Part shown: piece by piece, positions 52,457 to 61,352 of the stretch | Position numbering within the stretch: the stretch's first letter is position 1 | Layout of the letters: each line of letters opens with the position of its first letter | Origin: an uncultured Eubacteriales bacterium | Lineage (GTDB): Bacteria; Bacillota; Clostridia; Oscillospirales; Acutalibacteraceae | Reading direction: 5' to 3' | Length of the DNA stretch: 64,000 bases | Assembly (NCBI GenBank): GCA_934667845.1 | Contig: CAKUMQ010000009.1 | Coordinates: 1,369 to 65,368 of the forward strand | Translations under genes and position numbers: made by a program | Notes under the pieces: model-generated | What the model was told of the DNA's origin: nothing | Databases searched by the model: none | The model's input: only the letters and a program-made list of their open reading frames with translations

Positions 52457-52541
52457 CAGCAAAAAAAGGAGCAAAACGGCGGGGAATGTGCTATACTGTC
52501 AGATAGGAAAGACCGTTTGATGAGACAAAGGGGGAATGAGA

Positions 52542-53339
52542 ATGACCGTATCTGCCTATACCGTGTCCGCGGCGGTGCCGGCGCCGCTGCGGCTGGCTGT
52601 GCTTGCAGATCTGCACGGCAGACCGCCTAAGGGACTTTGGGAACGCGTCCGCGCCCTGCGTCCGCAGGCGCTGCTGCTCTGCGGAGACACGCTGCACCGC
52701 CCGTTTGGGCGGGAGCGGGAACGCGGGCTTGCCTGCCTGCGGGCAGCGGCGGGCATCGCGCCTGTTTTCTGCTCGCTCGGGAACCACGAGACGGCGTGTC
52801 CGCCCGCCGGGCGGGTGGCGCTTTGCCGCGATATCCGCGAAACCGGCGCGGTGCTGCTCGACAACGAAGCGGTGCGCTTTGGCGGGCTGCTGATCGGCGG
52901 GCTGCCGTCGCCCTATGCGGCGGATGCCGCGGGGAACGCCTGCTTTATCGAGCCGGACGCGGCATTTCTCGCCCGCTTTGCCGCCGCGCCGGGGGAAAAG
53001 CTGCTGCTTTTTCACCATCCGGAGCTGTACGCGCCGTATATCCGCCCGCTGCCGATCCGCCTGACGGTCGCGGGGCATGCCCACGGCGGGCAGTGGCAGA
53101 TCGGCGGACGGGGGATCTATGCCCCGGGGCAGGGGCTTTTGCCCGCCCTGACCGGCGGGCTGTATGAGGGGCGGCTGCTGGTCAGCCGCGGACTCGGCAA
53201 CCCGTGTCATCTCCCGCGCTTTAGCAACCCGCCGGAGGTGTGCTGCCTCACGCTTTTGCCGCCGGGTCGGACGGCGGATCAGCCCTTGCCGCCCGTCGGC
53301 GCAGCCGCCCGAGCCGCCGCTCAAAATAGCCGCCGTTGA
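52542..53339 (+). CDS. Metallophosphoesterase
   Basis: The motifs LADLHG, CGDTL, GNHE and GHAHGGQW occur in order. I prefer ATG 52542 (GGGGGA RBS, 6-nt spacing). The last roughly 30 codons overlap the convergent MocR gene. Confidence 0.8.
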   Translation: MTVSAYTVSAAVPAPLRLAVLADLHGRPPKGLWERVRALRPQALLLCGDTLHRPFGRERERGLACLRAAAGIAPVFCSLGNHETACPPAGRVALCRDIRETGAVLLDNEAVRFGGLLIGGLPSPYAADAAGNACFIEPDAAFLARFAAAPGEKLLLFHHPELYAPYIRPLPIRLTVAGHAHGGQWQIGGRGIYAPGQGLLPALTGGLYEGRLLVSRGLGNPCHLPRFSNPPEVCCLTLLPPGRTADQPLPPVGAAARAAAQNSRR

Positions 53340-54357
53340 TAAATTCCGCCAGCACATACTGGTCAAACACCGGCACGGAGGAGGAGTAAAACCCGAGCCG
53401 GTCGGCATAGGCGTCCGCAAGGGCCTCGGGCAGCACCATATAGCCCATCCGCATCGACGGCGCGAGCGTTTTCGAAAAGGTGTTGAGATAGATGACGCAG
53501 CCGCTTTTGTCGAGGGAAAACAGCGTCTCGACCGGCTTGCCCGCCGGGGCGAATTCGGAGTCGAAATCGTCCTCGATCACGATACCGCCGACCCGCTCCG
53601 CCCAGCTTAAATATTCGAGCCGCTTGGCGATCGGCGCAGTGATGCCGGTGGGAAAGCTGTGGTACGGCGTGACGTGCAGCACGCTTGCCGCCGTCTGCGC
53701 CAGATTCTCGCTTGCGATGCCGCAGCTGTCCATGCCGAGCAGCTCGCAGCGCGCGCCGCACGCCGCATAGGCGGCGCGGATCTTGTCATAGGAGGGGGAT
53801 TCGATCCCGTAGACCCGCTCCCGCCCCAAAAGCTGGACGATCATCATGTACAGGTATTCCGCGCCGGAGCCGATGACGATCCGCCCGGGATCCACCGCCA
53901 TGCCGCGGTAGCGGCGGAGAAAATCGGCGATGGCGGTGCGCAGCACGGCGCAGCCGTTGTGCGGCGGCTTGACGAGCAGCGCCTCGCCGTAGCGGGAGAT
54001 GACCTGCCGCATGATCCTGCACAGCGTCGCAAAGGGGAAATCGGGGTCGGCTGCCGCCGCAGCCGGCGGAAACGCTGCGGGCGGCACGATCGGCTCCGGC
54101 GCGGCGGAGGGCATCTGCAGGTCACAGACAAAATACCCGCTGCGCTCGTGCGAGACGATATAGCCCTCGTCCGCAAGCAGGCGATAGGCGTTTTCGACGG
54201 TGATCACGCTGACGCCGTTGTGCGCCGCAAAGGCGCGCTTGGACGGCAGGCGGGTCTGCGCCTTCAGGCGCCCCGCTGTGATGTCCGCCTTGATCTGCCG
54301 ATAGAGGTAGAGATAGAGCGGGCAGTCCTTTCGCCCGCTGAGGGAATAGGTCAGCAT
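53248..54357 (-). CDS. MocR/PdxR-type regulator (GntR wHTH fused to a fold-type-I aminotransferase domain), apparently short at the C-terminus
   Basis: The wHTH is RLPSKRAFAAHNGVSVITVENAYRLLADEGYIVSHERSGYFV, followed by a Pro/Ala linker. The PLP-lysine motif is SFSKTLAPSMRMGY. The protein is only 369 aa, with about 65 residues after the lysine. Confidence 0.8.
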   Translation of the reverse strand: MLTYSLSGRKDCPLYLYLYRQIKADITAGRLKAQTRLPSKRAFAAHNGVSVITVENAYRLLADEGYIVSHERSGYFVCDLQMPSAAPEPIVPPAAFPPAAAAADPDFPFATLCRIMRQVISRYGEALLVKPPHNGCAVLRTAIADFLRRYRGMAVDPGRIVIGSGAEYLYMMIVQLLGRERVYGIESPSYDKIRAAYAACGARCELLGMDSCGIASENLAQTAASVLHVTPYHSFPTGITAPIAKRLEYLSWAERVGGIVIEDDFDSEFAPAGKPVETLFSLDKSGCVIYLNTFSKTLAPSMRMGYMVLPEALADAYADRLGFYSSSVPVFDQYVLAEFINGGYFERRLGRLRRRAARADPPSDPAAKA

Positions 54358-54396
54358 CTGGTCTTAAAAAATATTTCCTTTCTGATGATTTTCATA

Positions 54397-54429
54397 TGTC
54401 CAGTTTTCAGTATAATACAGAGTATGGAC
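54397..54429 (+). promoter_or_regulatory. Divergent control region: TATAAT box flanked by inverted TGTCCA / TGGAC half-sites
   Basis: TGTCCA is at 54397-54402, TATAAT at 54411-54416, and TGGAC at 54425-54429. This is a candidate MocR operator bracketing the -10 of the ECF S-component gene. Confidence 0.35.
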
Positions 54430-54475
54430 GCTGTCAAGAAAAAGACGGCGGATATTCTGCGGGAGGCGAACAGAT

Positions 54476-55000
54476 ATGGACAACAAAAAGCTCATCCGAC
54501 TGGTTTTGGCGGCGCTGTTTGCGGCACTGGTCTTTGTGGGGACGTTCTATCTCCACGTCACTCTGCCCTACGGCTATTTCAATTTCGGCGATGCGTTTTT
54601 GCTGCTGGCGGCGTGGATCGTCGGCGGATGGTACGGCGCGGCGGCGGGCGGCATCGGCGCGGCGGTCGCTGATCTGGCGCTCGGCTATACAATGTATGCA
54701 CCGGTCACGCTGGTGATCAAGGCGCTGATGGCGCTTCTCGCGGCGGTGATCGCCCATACGGCGGCGCGGCGCGGCAAGGCGCTCGGGATCGCCGGGCTGT
54801 GGCTCGGCGCGGCGGCAGCCGAGCTGCTGATGGTCGGCGGCTACTATGTGTTTGAGGGCTGTCTCTACGGCTTCGGCGCGGCGCTCGCGTCCGTCCCCGG
54901 CAACCTGCTGCAGGGCGCGGCGGCGGTCGTCACGGCGGGCATCGTGATGTCGATCCTGCAGTCGACCGATGCGGTGAAGCGGCTCGGCTTGTCCCGCTGA
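54476..55000 (+). CDS. ECF transporter substrate-specific (S) component
   Basis: 174 aa with 5-6 TM segments and a small hydrophobic fold (FVGTFYLHVTLPYGYFNFGDAFLLLAAWIVGG) typical of ECF S subunits. The RBS is GGGAGG. No ecfA or ecfT is adjacent. Confidence 0.7.
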   Translation: MDNKKLIRLVLAALFAALVFVGTFYLHVTLPYGYFNFGDAFLLLAAWIVGGWYGAAAGGIGAAVADLALGYTMYAPVTLVIKALMALLAAVIAHTAARRGKALGIAGLWLGAAAAELLMVGGYYVFEGCLYGFGAALASVPGNLLQGAAAVVTAGIVMSILQSTDAVKRLGLSR

Positions 55001-55023
55001 ACGGAAAAACAGCGGAAAACATG

Positions 55024-55062
55024 AAAAAAGACCTGTCCGGTCAGTCCGGACAGGTCTTTTTT
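55024..55062. terminator. Bidirectional rho-independent terminator
   Basis: A perfect 12-bp stem, AGACCTGTCCGG-tcagt-CCGGACAGGTCT, is flanked by A5 and T6. Confidence 0.85.
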
Positions 55063-55065
55063 GGT

Positions 55066-56733
55066 TCAGGCGGATAAATCGGCGGGCGGAAAGCTCACGG
55101 TGACGGTCGTGCCCTCGTTCGGGCGGCTTTCCAGCCGCAGGGCGGCGTGGTGGAACTCCGCCGCGTGCTTGACGATGGACAGCCCGAGTCCCGTGCCGCC
55201 GATCTGGCGGGAGTGGCTCTTGTCCACGCGGTAGAAGCGCTCGAACACCCGCTGCTGATGGGCGGGCGGGATGCCGATGCCGGTGTCCCGCACGGAAAGC
55301 ACCGGCGCGCCGCCGGTTTCGGAGACGGTGACAAAGACCTGCCCGCCCGGGCGGTTATACTTGATGGCGTTGTCGCAGAGGTTGTAGATCAGCTCATAGA
55401 GCAGCGGCTCTGCGCCGCGCACGGGGGCGGCGGAGCCTGAGACGCTGACCGTGACCTGCTGCTTTTCCGCCGCCGCCCGCAGATCGGCGGCGGCTCTTTC
55501 GGCAAGCGCGGTGAGGTCGACGGCGGTGATCTCATAGAGCGAGCCGCCCTCGTCCAGCTCGGACAGGCGGAGAATATCGCTGACCAGCCGGATCATGCGC
55601 TGCGCCTCGCCGTAGATGCGGGCGGCAAAATCGGGGACGTCCTCCGGCTTCGCCAGCCCCGTTGTGATCAGCTCGGCAAAGCCGGAGATCGAGGTCAGCG
55701 GCGTTTTCAGCTCGTGGGACACGTTGGCGGTGAATTCCCGCCGCAGCTGCTCGCGCTCGGTCTTTTCCGTCTCATCGAGAATGAGCAGCACAGCACCTGC
55801 CACCTGTCCGTCCTGCCGCACGGGGTTGGCGATCAGCCGGAATGTGCGCCCGTGCAGGGGCAGCAGCGGGGAGGCGTGGCGGCCGTCGAGCGCCTCTGTG
55901 ACCGCCTCGCGGAAGGCGGCGGAGCGGTTTAGGGTCAGCACGCTGCTCGTGTCGGGCGCGGTCACCTCGAGATAGGCGAGCGCGGCGGGGTTATAGGAGA
56001 GCAGATGGGTCGAGCGGTCGATGATGAGGATGCCCTCGCTCATGTTTTCGGTGATGACGGCAAACTCCTCCTGCTTTTGCCGTGCCTCGCGAAGCTGCGC
56101 CTCGATGGTGCGATTCTGCTGGGCGAGGCGGGAGAGCAGCGGCGTCAGCTCCTCGTAGCAGTCTCCCTGCTCGGGATGGGCGGGATCCAGCGCGTTGATC
56201 GGCTCGGTGATCCGCCGGGCAAGGCGATAGCTCAGCAGGGCGGAAAACAGCGCCGCAAGCAGCGCGACGGCGAGAATATGTGGCACAACGCCGAGCAGCA
56301 GCGTCAGCACGGAGGATTGCTCCGAGGAGAGCCGCAACACGGTGCCGTCCTCGAGCCGCAGCGCATAGTAGAGCGTTTTTTTCATCAATGTGGAGGACAG
56401 ACGGGTGCTTTCTCCGGCGCCGGTCAAAAGCGCCTCCCGGATCTCCTCCCGGTCGGCGTGGTTTTCCATTGACTGCTCGTCGGAAACGCTGTCAAACAGC
56501 ACGCGCCCGTCGGCGTCGATCAGCGTGATCCGCCGGGCGCTGTCGTTCAGCTTTTTGAGATAGGGGATGCCCTCCGCTTCGACACCGGCGGCGAGATAGC
56601 GGGCGCCGCTTTGCAGATCCCGCATCTGCCGGTTGCCGAAATAGGTGTACAGCACGCCGAAGATCAGCGCGAGCGCGCACAGCAGCGTCAGCAGGGAGCA
56701 CAGCAGGGCGGAACGGAAGATACGCTTGCTCAT
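55066..56733 (-). CDS. phoR: Phosphate-regulon sensor histidine kinase (PhoR-like)
   Basis: 555 aa with two TM segments, a PAS-like region, the H-box FTANVSHELKTPLTSI and an HATPase_c domain (DTGIGIP...GGTGLGLSIVK). An ATGA overlap joins it to the response regulator. Confidence 0.85.
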   Translation of the reverse strand: MSKRIFRSALLCSLLTLLCALALIFGVLYTYFGNRQMRDLQSGARYLAAGVEAEGIPYLKKLNDSARRITLIDADGRVLFDSVSDEQSMENHADREEIREALLTGAGESTRLSSTLMKKTLYYALRLEDGTVLRLSSEQSSVLTLLLGVVPHILAVALLAALFSALLSYRLARRITEPINALDPAHPEQGDCYEELTPLLSRLAQQNRTIEAQLREARQKQEEFAVITENMSEGILIIDRSTHLLSYNPAALAYLEVTAPDTSSVLTLNRSAAFREAVTEALDGRHASPLLPLHGRTFRLIANPVRQDGQVAGAVLLILDETEKTEREQLRREFTANVSHELKTPLTSISGFAELITTGLAKPEDVPDFAARIYGEAQRMIRLVSDILRLSELDEGGSLYEITAVDLTALAERAAADLRAAAEKQQVTVSVSGSAAPVRGAEPLLYELIYNLCDNAIKYNRPGGQVFVTVSETGGAPVLSVRDTGIGIPPAHQQRVFERFYRVDKSHSRQIGGTGLGLSIVKHAAEFHHAALRLESRPNEGTTVTVSFPPADLSA

Positions 56734-57404
56734 GTCAGCCCTCCGATCTTATAGCCCATGCCCTTGACGGTCTCGATATACGCGCCCGCGCTGCCGAGCT
56801 TTTGCCGCAGGGTGCGCACATGCACGTCCACCGTGCGGCTCTCGCCGTCGTAGTCATATCCCCAGATTCGCCGCAGGATCTCCTCACGGTCGGCGACCGC
56901 CCCCTGCTTCTGCAGCAGCAGGCAGAGGAGCTTGAACTCCTTGAGCGTCAGCGCCACCGGCTCGTTGTTCACCGTGACCTCGTGGCGGGCGGGACAGACA
57001 TACAGGCAGCCGTGGCGGAAGGCGGGCGGGTCGTCGTCCGGCGCGGTGCGGCGCAGAAGCGCCCGCACGCGGGAGAGCAGCTCCATCATGCCGAACGGCT
57101 TGGTGATGTAGTCGTCCGCGCCGGTGTCCAGCCCCAGCACCTTGTCGTATTCGGTGCCCTTGGCGGTAAGTAAAATGACGGGCAGGCGCGCCGTCTCGGG
57201 CTGTTTGCGCAGCCGCGCGAGGACACTTAGCCCGTCCTCCTCGGGCAGCATGATGTCCAGAAGCAGAAGCTGCGGCAGCTCCTCCTCCATAGCTGCCCAG
57301 AACGCGGACGGCAGGGCAAAGCCCTTGGCGGGCAGACCGCTGTGTTCAAGGGTGTAGGCGATCAGCGTGCGGATGCTCTCATCGTCCTCGAGAAGATAGA
57401 TCAC
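56730..57404 (-). CDS. phoB: OmpR/PhoB-family response regulator
   Basis: The receiver domain has IYLLEDDESI and LLLLDIMLP. The winged-helix output has TLKEFKLLCLL and RTVDVHVRTLRQKL. The start is GTG 57404 after AAGGAG; the ORF-track extension to 57482 has no RBS. Confidence 0.9.
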   Translation of the reverse strand: MIYLLEDDESIRTLIAYTLEHSGLPAKGFALPSAFWAAMEEELPQLLLLDIMLPEEDGLSVLARLRKQPETARLPVILLTAKGTEYDKVLGLDTGADDYITKPFGMMELLSRVRALLRRTAPDDDPPAFRHGCLYVCPARHEVTVNNEPVALTLKEFKLLCLLLQKQGAVADREEILRRIWGYDYDGESRTVDVHVRTLRQKLGSAGAYIETVKGMGYKIGGLT

Positions 57405-57453
57405 CGAAAACCGCTCCTTTCCGCGGGGCGTTTCTGCCCCGGTTACGGCTTCA

Positions 57454-57482
57454 AGTATAGCACAGCTTTGCCGCATGTGCAA
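57454..57482 (-). promoter_or_regulatory. Internal sigma-A promoter in front of phoB-phoR
   Basis: The minus strand reads TTGCAC (57482-57477), 17 nt spacer, TATACT (57459-57454), with a TGc extended -10. Confidence 0.5.
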
Positions 57483-57486
57483 GCAC

Positions 57487-58152
57487 TCAGAGGATGGTTT
57501 GTCCGTTGATGGTCAGCCGCAGCGTCATGCCGAGCGTTTCCGCTGCCTTGCGGCAAAGCTGCATCCGCTTCATGAAGATGTCGAAAAAGTCGAGGATGGA
57601 GCCGGCATGGGTGTCGATAATAAGCGAAAGCTCGATCTGCGTTTTATCCTCCGAGATGCGCAGACGCGATTCCCGCACGGAGTAGTTGACGCGATCGTGG
57701 ATGTCAAAGGAGGCGGGATCGGGGTTGCGCACGCGGTCGCGCCGCACGTCGGATTTGTCGGCGAGGATCAGCGCCGCCGCCATGGGGCTGACCGGCACGC
57801 CGGTGCCCTCGTCATGATTGCCGATGGCGGTGGCGACGGCGGCGATCTCGGCGGGCGGCATCCCGAGCTTGTCGAGGATGCGAAACGCCATCAAAGCGCC
57901 GCTCTGCGAGTGGTCGGTGCGGTTGACGAGGTTGCCGATATCGTGCAGATAGGCGGCAATGGCGGCCAGCTCACATTCCCGTTCGGAATAGCCGAGCGTC
58001 TGCAGAATTTTGCGGGCGGTCTCGGCGACGCGGGTGACGTGGATGAAGCTGTGCTCGGTATAGCCGAGCGCGCGCAGCGATTTGTCCGCCTGGTCGATAT
58101 AGGTGTTGACCGCTTCGTTTTTGCGAAGCGAAGCGTAGGTGACCATAGTCAT
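57487..58152 (-). CDS. HD/HDIG-domain phosphohydrolase
   Basis: 221 aa. It has H...HD metal motifs (FIHVTRVAE, AAYLHDIGNLVNRTDH). Its start overlaps the phoU stop (ATGA). Confidence 0.85.
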   Translation of the reverse strand: MTMVTYASLRKNEAVNTYIDQADKSLRALGYTEHSFIHVTRVAETARKILQTLGYSERECELAAIAAYLHDIGNLVNRTDHSQSGALMAFRILDKLGMPPAEIAAVATAIGNHDEGTGVPVSPMAAALILADKSDVRRDRVRNPDPASFDIHDRVNYSVRESRLRISEDKTQIELSLIIDTHAGSILDFFDIFMKRMQLCRKAAETLGMTLRLTINGQTIL

Positions 58153-58793
58153 TCCTCCTCGTGGCGGCCGGTGACCGAGAAGATCACCCAGCCCGCAACA
58201 TTGACGGCGTGGTCGCCGATGCGCTCAAAGTATTTGGCGGTCATCAGCAGATCAAGGCACCATTCGGCGTCCTCTGCCTCGCCGCGGATCAGGGCGGTCA
58301 GCTCCTGCTTTACGCGGCAAAACAGCGCGTCAACCGTGTCGTCGCTGCGGATAACGGCGCGGGCGGCATCGGCGTTCCGCTTGACAAACGCCTCGACGCT
58401 GTCCGTGACCATGCCGATGACGGCGCGCGCCATGTCGCCGAGCGGCAGCGTCTCGGGCAGCGGATGGCGCAGCACATAGGGGATCAGCTCGGCGATGTCC
58501 GCCGCCTGGTCGCCGATGCGCTCTAAGTCATAGATCATTTTGAGGGCGGAGGAGATCTCGCGCAGGTCGCGCGCCACGGGCTGCTGGCGGAGCAGCAGCC
58601 GCAGGCACTGGGATTCCACATCCCGCTCCATCTGCTTTAAGCGGCTGTCGGCGTCAAAGACGGCGGGAAGCCGCTTGTCGTCGCCGTCGATCAGCGCCTT
58701 GGCGACCGAGGCGATGGCGTCCTCGCAGAGGGCGCCCATGGTGATCAGTCCGATGTGCAGCTCTTCAAGCTGCCGGTCGAATTGTGTGCGCAT
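58149..58793 (-). CDS. phoU: Phosphate signalling complex protein PhoU
   Basis: 214 aa. It is a duplicated three-helix PhoU repeat with the E(R)IGD motifs DLERIGDQAADIAE and YFERIGDHAVNVA. Confidence 0.9.
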   Translation of the reverse strand: MRTQFDRQLEELHIGLITMGALCEDAIASVAKALIDGDDKRLPAVFDADSRLKQMERDVESQCLRLLLRQQPVARDLREISSALKMIYDLERIGDQAADIAELIPYVLRHPLPETLPLGDMARAVIGMVTDSVEAFVKRNADAARAVIRSDDTVDALFCRVKQELTALIRGEAEDAEWCLDLLMTAKYFERIGDHAVNVAGWVIFSVTGRHEEE

Positions 58794-59554
58794 TATCCGA
58801 ACCTCCCCGTGATGTATTCCTCTGTGCGCCGGTCAGACGGCGTGGAGAACATGGTGGCGGTGTCGTTGTATTCAATGACCTCGCCGAGCAGGAAAAACGC
58901 CGTGCGGTCGGCGATGCGGACCGCCTGCTGCATGTTGTGGGTGACGATGACGATGGTCAGCTTGTCGCGGAGCGTCATCGCCAGCTCCTCGATCTTTGAG
59001 GTGGAGATGGGGTCGAGCGCGCTGGTCGGCTCGTCCATCAGCAGCACCTCCGGCTCAACGGCAAGTGCGCGGGCGATGCAGAGCCGCTGCTGCTGCCCGC
59101 CCGAAAGCCCGAGCGCGCTTTTTTTCAGCCGGTCCTTGACCTCGTCCCAGATGGCTGCCTGACGCAGTGACCGCTCCACGACCTCGTCGAGCTTCACACG
59201 GGAGCGGACGCCGTGGGTGCGGGGGCCGTAGGCGATGTTGTCGTAAATGCTCATGGGGAAGGGATTCGGCTTCTGGAACACCATGCCGACCCGCTTGCGC
59301 AGCAGGCTCGGGTCCATATCGCCGTAGATGTCCTCGCCGTCGAGCAGGACCTTGCCCTCGATGCGGCAGCCCTCGACAAGATCGTTCATGCGGTTTAACG
59401 ATTTGAGCAGCGTGGATTTGCCGCAGCCGGACGGGCCGATAAACGCGGTGATGCGGTTTTCGGGGATGGCGAGATCCACATGCTTGAGCGCCTGAAACGC
59501 GCCGTAGAACAGGTTAAGCTGTTCCACTGTCATTTTTACGGTATCTTTATCCAT
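58793..59554 (-). CDS. pstB: Phosphate ABC transporter ATP-binding protein PstB
   Basis: It has [23 protein letters not shown] and [11 protein letters not shown]. The start is ATG 59554 ([18 protein letters not shown]) after GGGAGGA. Confidence 0.95.
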   Translation of the reverse strand: MDKDTVKMTVEQLNLFYGAFQALKHVDLAIPENRITAFIGPSGCGKSTLLKSLNRMNDLVEGCRIEGKVLLDGEDIYGDMDPSLLRKRVGMVFQKPNPFPMSIYDNIAYGPRTHGVRSRVKLDEVVERSLRQAAIWDEVKDRLKKSALGLSGGQQQRLCIARALAVEPEVLLMDEPTSALDPISTSKIEELAMTLRDKLTIVIVTHNMQQAVRIADRTAFFLLGEVIEYNDTATMFSTPSDRRTEEYITGRFG

Positions 59555-60419
59555 GGTTCCTCCCGATTCGGCCGGCGACGGCGCCGCTGGCGGCATTGAG
59601 CAGTGCCACCAAAACGAGCAGTATGACGGCGGTGGCATACGCTTCATTCGTGTAGAAGCCCTCGCCGAGCAGAGCGTACATATGCACGGAGAGGGTGCGG
59701 CCCGAACCCATGACCGATTCGGGCACGCCGGTGACGGTACCGGCGGTGAAGATCAGAGCGGCGGTCTCGCCGACGATGCGCCCGATGCCGAGGATGACGC
59801 CGGAGAGGATACCCGGTGCGGCGCTCGGCAGCACCACGCGGAATACCGTCCGCAGCCGTCCCGCGCCGAGACCGAAGCAGCCCTCGCGATAGGCGTCGGG
59901 CACGGCGCGCAGCGCCTCCTCGGTCGTGCGCATGATGAGCGGCAGGATCATGATGGCGAGCGTCAGCGCGCCGCCGAGCAGCGAATAGCCCCAGCGCAGC
60001 GTGACGTTGAACAGCAGATAGCCGAACAGGCCGTAGACGATGGAGGGGATGCCCGACAGCGTCTCCGCAGTCAGCCGGATCCAGTCGACAAGGCGGCTGC
60101 CGCGCTTGGCGTATTCCGCGAGGTAAATGGCGGAGCCGATGCCGACCGGCAGGGCGAACAGCAGCGTCAGCAGGGTCATGGTGACGGTGTTGATCAGTGC
60201 GGGCGTCAGTGATACGTTATCCGAGGTGTATTCCCACGCGAAAAGCGACGGCTTCAGATGCGGGATGCCGCGGATGAGAATGTAGGCGATCAGAAACAGC
60301 AGCACGAGCAGGGTGACGAGGGCAGCCAGCCCGACGGCAAGCCGCAAAAGCAGCGAGCCGGGATGGCGGGCAGCATAGCGCAGCCAGGACGGCAGCGGCT
60401 TCCTTTTGCGGTCAGCCAT
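59547..60419 (-). CDS. pstA: Phosphate ABC transporter permease PstA
   Basis: Six TM segments. The EAA-like loop is [33 protein letters not shown]. The start is ATG 60419 or GTG 60428. Confidence 0.9.
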   Translation of the reverse strand: MADRKRKPLPSWLRYAARHPGSLLLRLAVGLAALVTLLVLLFLIAYILIRGIPHLKPSLFAWEYTSDNVSLTPALINTVTMTLLTLLFALPVGIGSAIYLAEYAKRGSRLVDWIRLTAETLSGIPSIVYGLFGYLLFNVTLRWGYSLLGGALTLAIMILPLIMRTTEEALRAVPDAYREGCFGLGAGRLRTVFRVVLPSAAPGILSGVILGIGRIVGETAALIFTAGTVTGVPESVMGSGRTLSVHMYALLGEGFYTNEAYATAVILLVLVALLNAASGAVAGRIGRNHG

Positions 60420-61266
60420 GGCGCTCACCCCGCCTTCTCAGCAGTGAAAAGCTCAGGTTGATGATCAGAATGAACACAAACAGCACAACGCCGGTGGCGA
60501 TGAGCGCCTCGCGGTGGAGATCCTGGGCATAGCCCATCTCCAGCACGATGTTGGCGGTCATGGTGCGCACGCCCGACAGCAGGCTCTTGGGCAGGATCGC
60601 CTGGTTGCCCGCCACCATATACACCGCCATGGCTTCGCCGATGGCGCGGCCGATGCCGAGCACGATACCGGTCAGCGTGCCGGAGTGGGCGGCGGGCAGC
60701 ACCACGCGGAACACGCTGCCCTCATGGGTGGCGCCGAGCGCCAGCGCGCCCTCGTAGTACGGCTCGGGCACGGCGCGCAGCGCCGCCTCGGTCGTGCTGA
60801 TGATGGTCGGCAGGATCATGAGTCCGAGCAGGAGGGAGGCGGTGAGGATGCCCTTGCCGCTGGTGTCGAACCACTGCTGCACGAGCGGCACCAGCACGGT
60901 CAGTCCGAAAAAGCCGTAGATGATGGAGGGAATACCCGCCAGCAGATCGACGGCGGGCTTTAACAGGCGGTGCAGCCCCTTGGGGCAGAAGCGCGCGAGG
61001 AATACCGCGCACAGCACGCCGATGGGCACGCCGACGATGATGGCGCCCGCCGTGACATAGAGACTGCCGACGATCATCGGGAAAATGCCGTAGAGATTCT
61101 GCCCCGGCGCCCATTCCATACCCAGCAGAAATTCCCGCACACCGATCTTGGCGATGGCGGGGAGTCCTCCGGAGAACAGAAACAGGCAGATCAGCAGCAC
61201 GGCGGCGATGGACAGGCAGGCTGTCAGTAAAAAGACGACCCGCATGGCGGATTCACGGAATTTCAT
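60412..61266 (-). CDS. pstC: Phosphate ABC transporter permease PstC
   Basis: It contains TEAALRAVPEPYYEGALALGATHEGSVFRVVLP. The start is ATG 61266 (MKFRESAMRV) after AAAGGAGG. Confidence 0.9.
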   Translation of the reverse strand: MKFRESAMRVVFLLTACLSIAAVLLICLFLFSGGLPAIAKIGVREFLLGMEWAPGQNLYGIFPMIVGSLYVTAGAIIVGVPIGVLCAVFLARFCPKGLHRLLKPAVDLLAGIPSIIYGFFGLTVLVPLVQQWFDTSGKGILTASLLLGLMILPTIISTTEAALRAVPEPYYEGALALGATHEGSVFRVVLPAAHSGTLTGIVLGIGRAIGEAMAVYMVAGNQAILPKSLLSGVRTMTANIVLEMGYAQDLHREALIATGVVLFVFILIINLSFSLLRRRGERHG

Positions 61267-61295
61267 TCGGCTGCCGCCTCCTTTCTTTTGACAGA

Positions 61296-61330
61296 CCTTT
61301 TGCCCTGTTTCGGTGAAACAGGGCAAAAGG
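61296..61330 (-). promoter_or_regulatory. Intercistronic stem-loop between pstS and pstC
   Basis: A perfect 16-bp stem, CCTTTTGCCCTGTTTC-nnn-GAAACAGGGCAAAAGG, with no T-tract. Confidence 0.6.
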
Positions 61331-61352
61331 GAAAGATGGGGGAATGAAGAAA

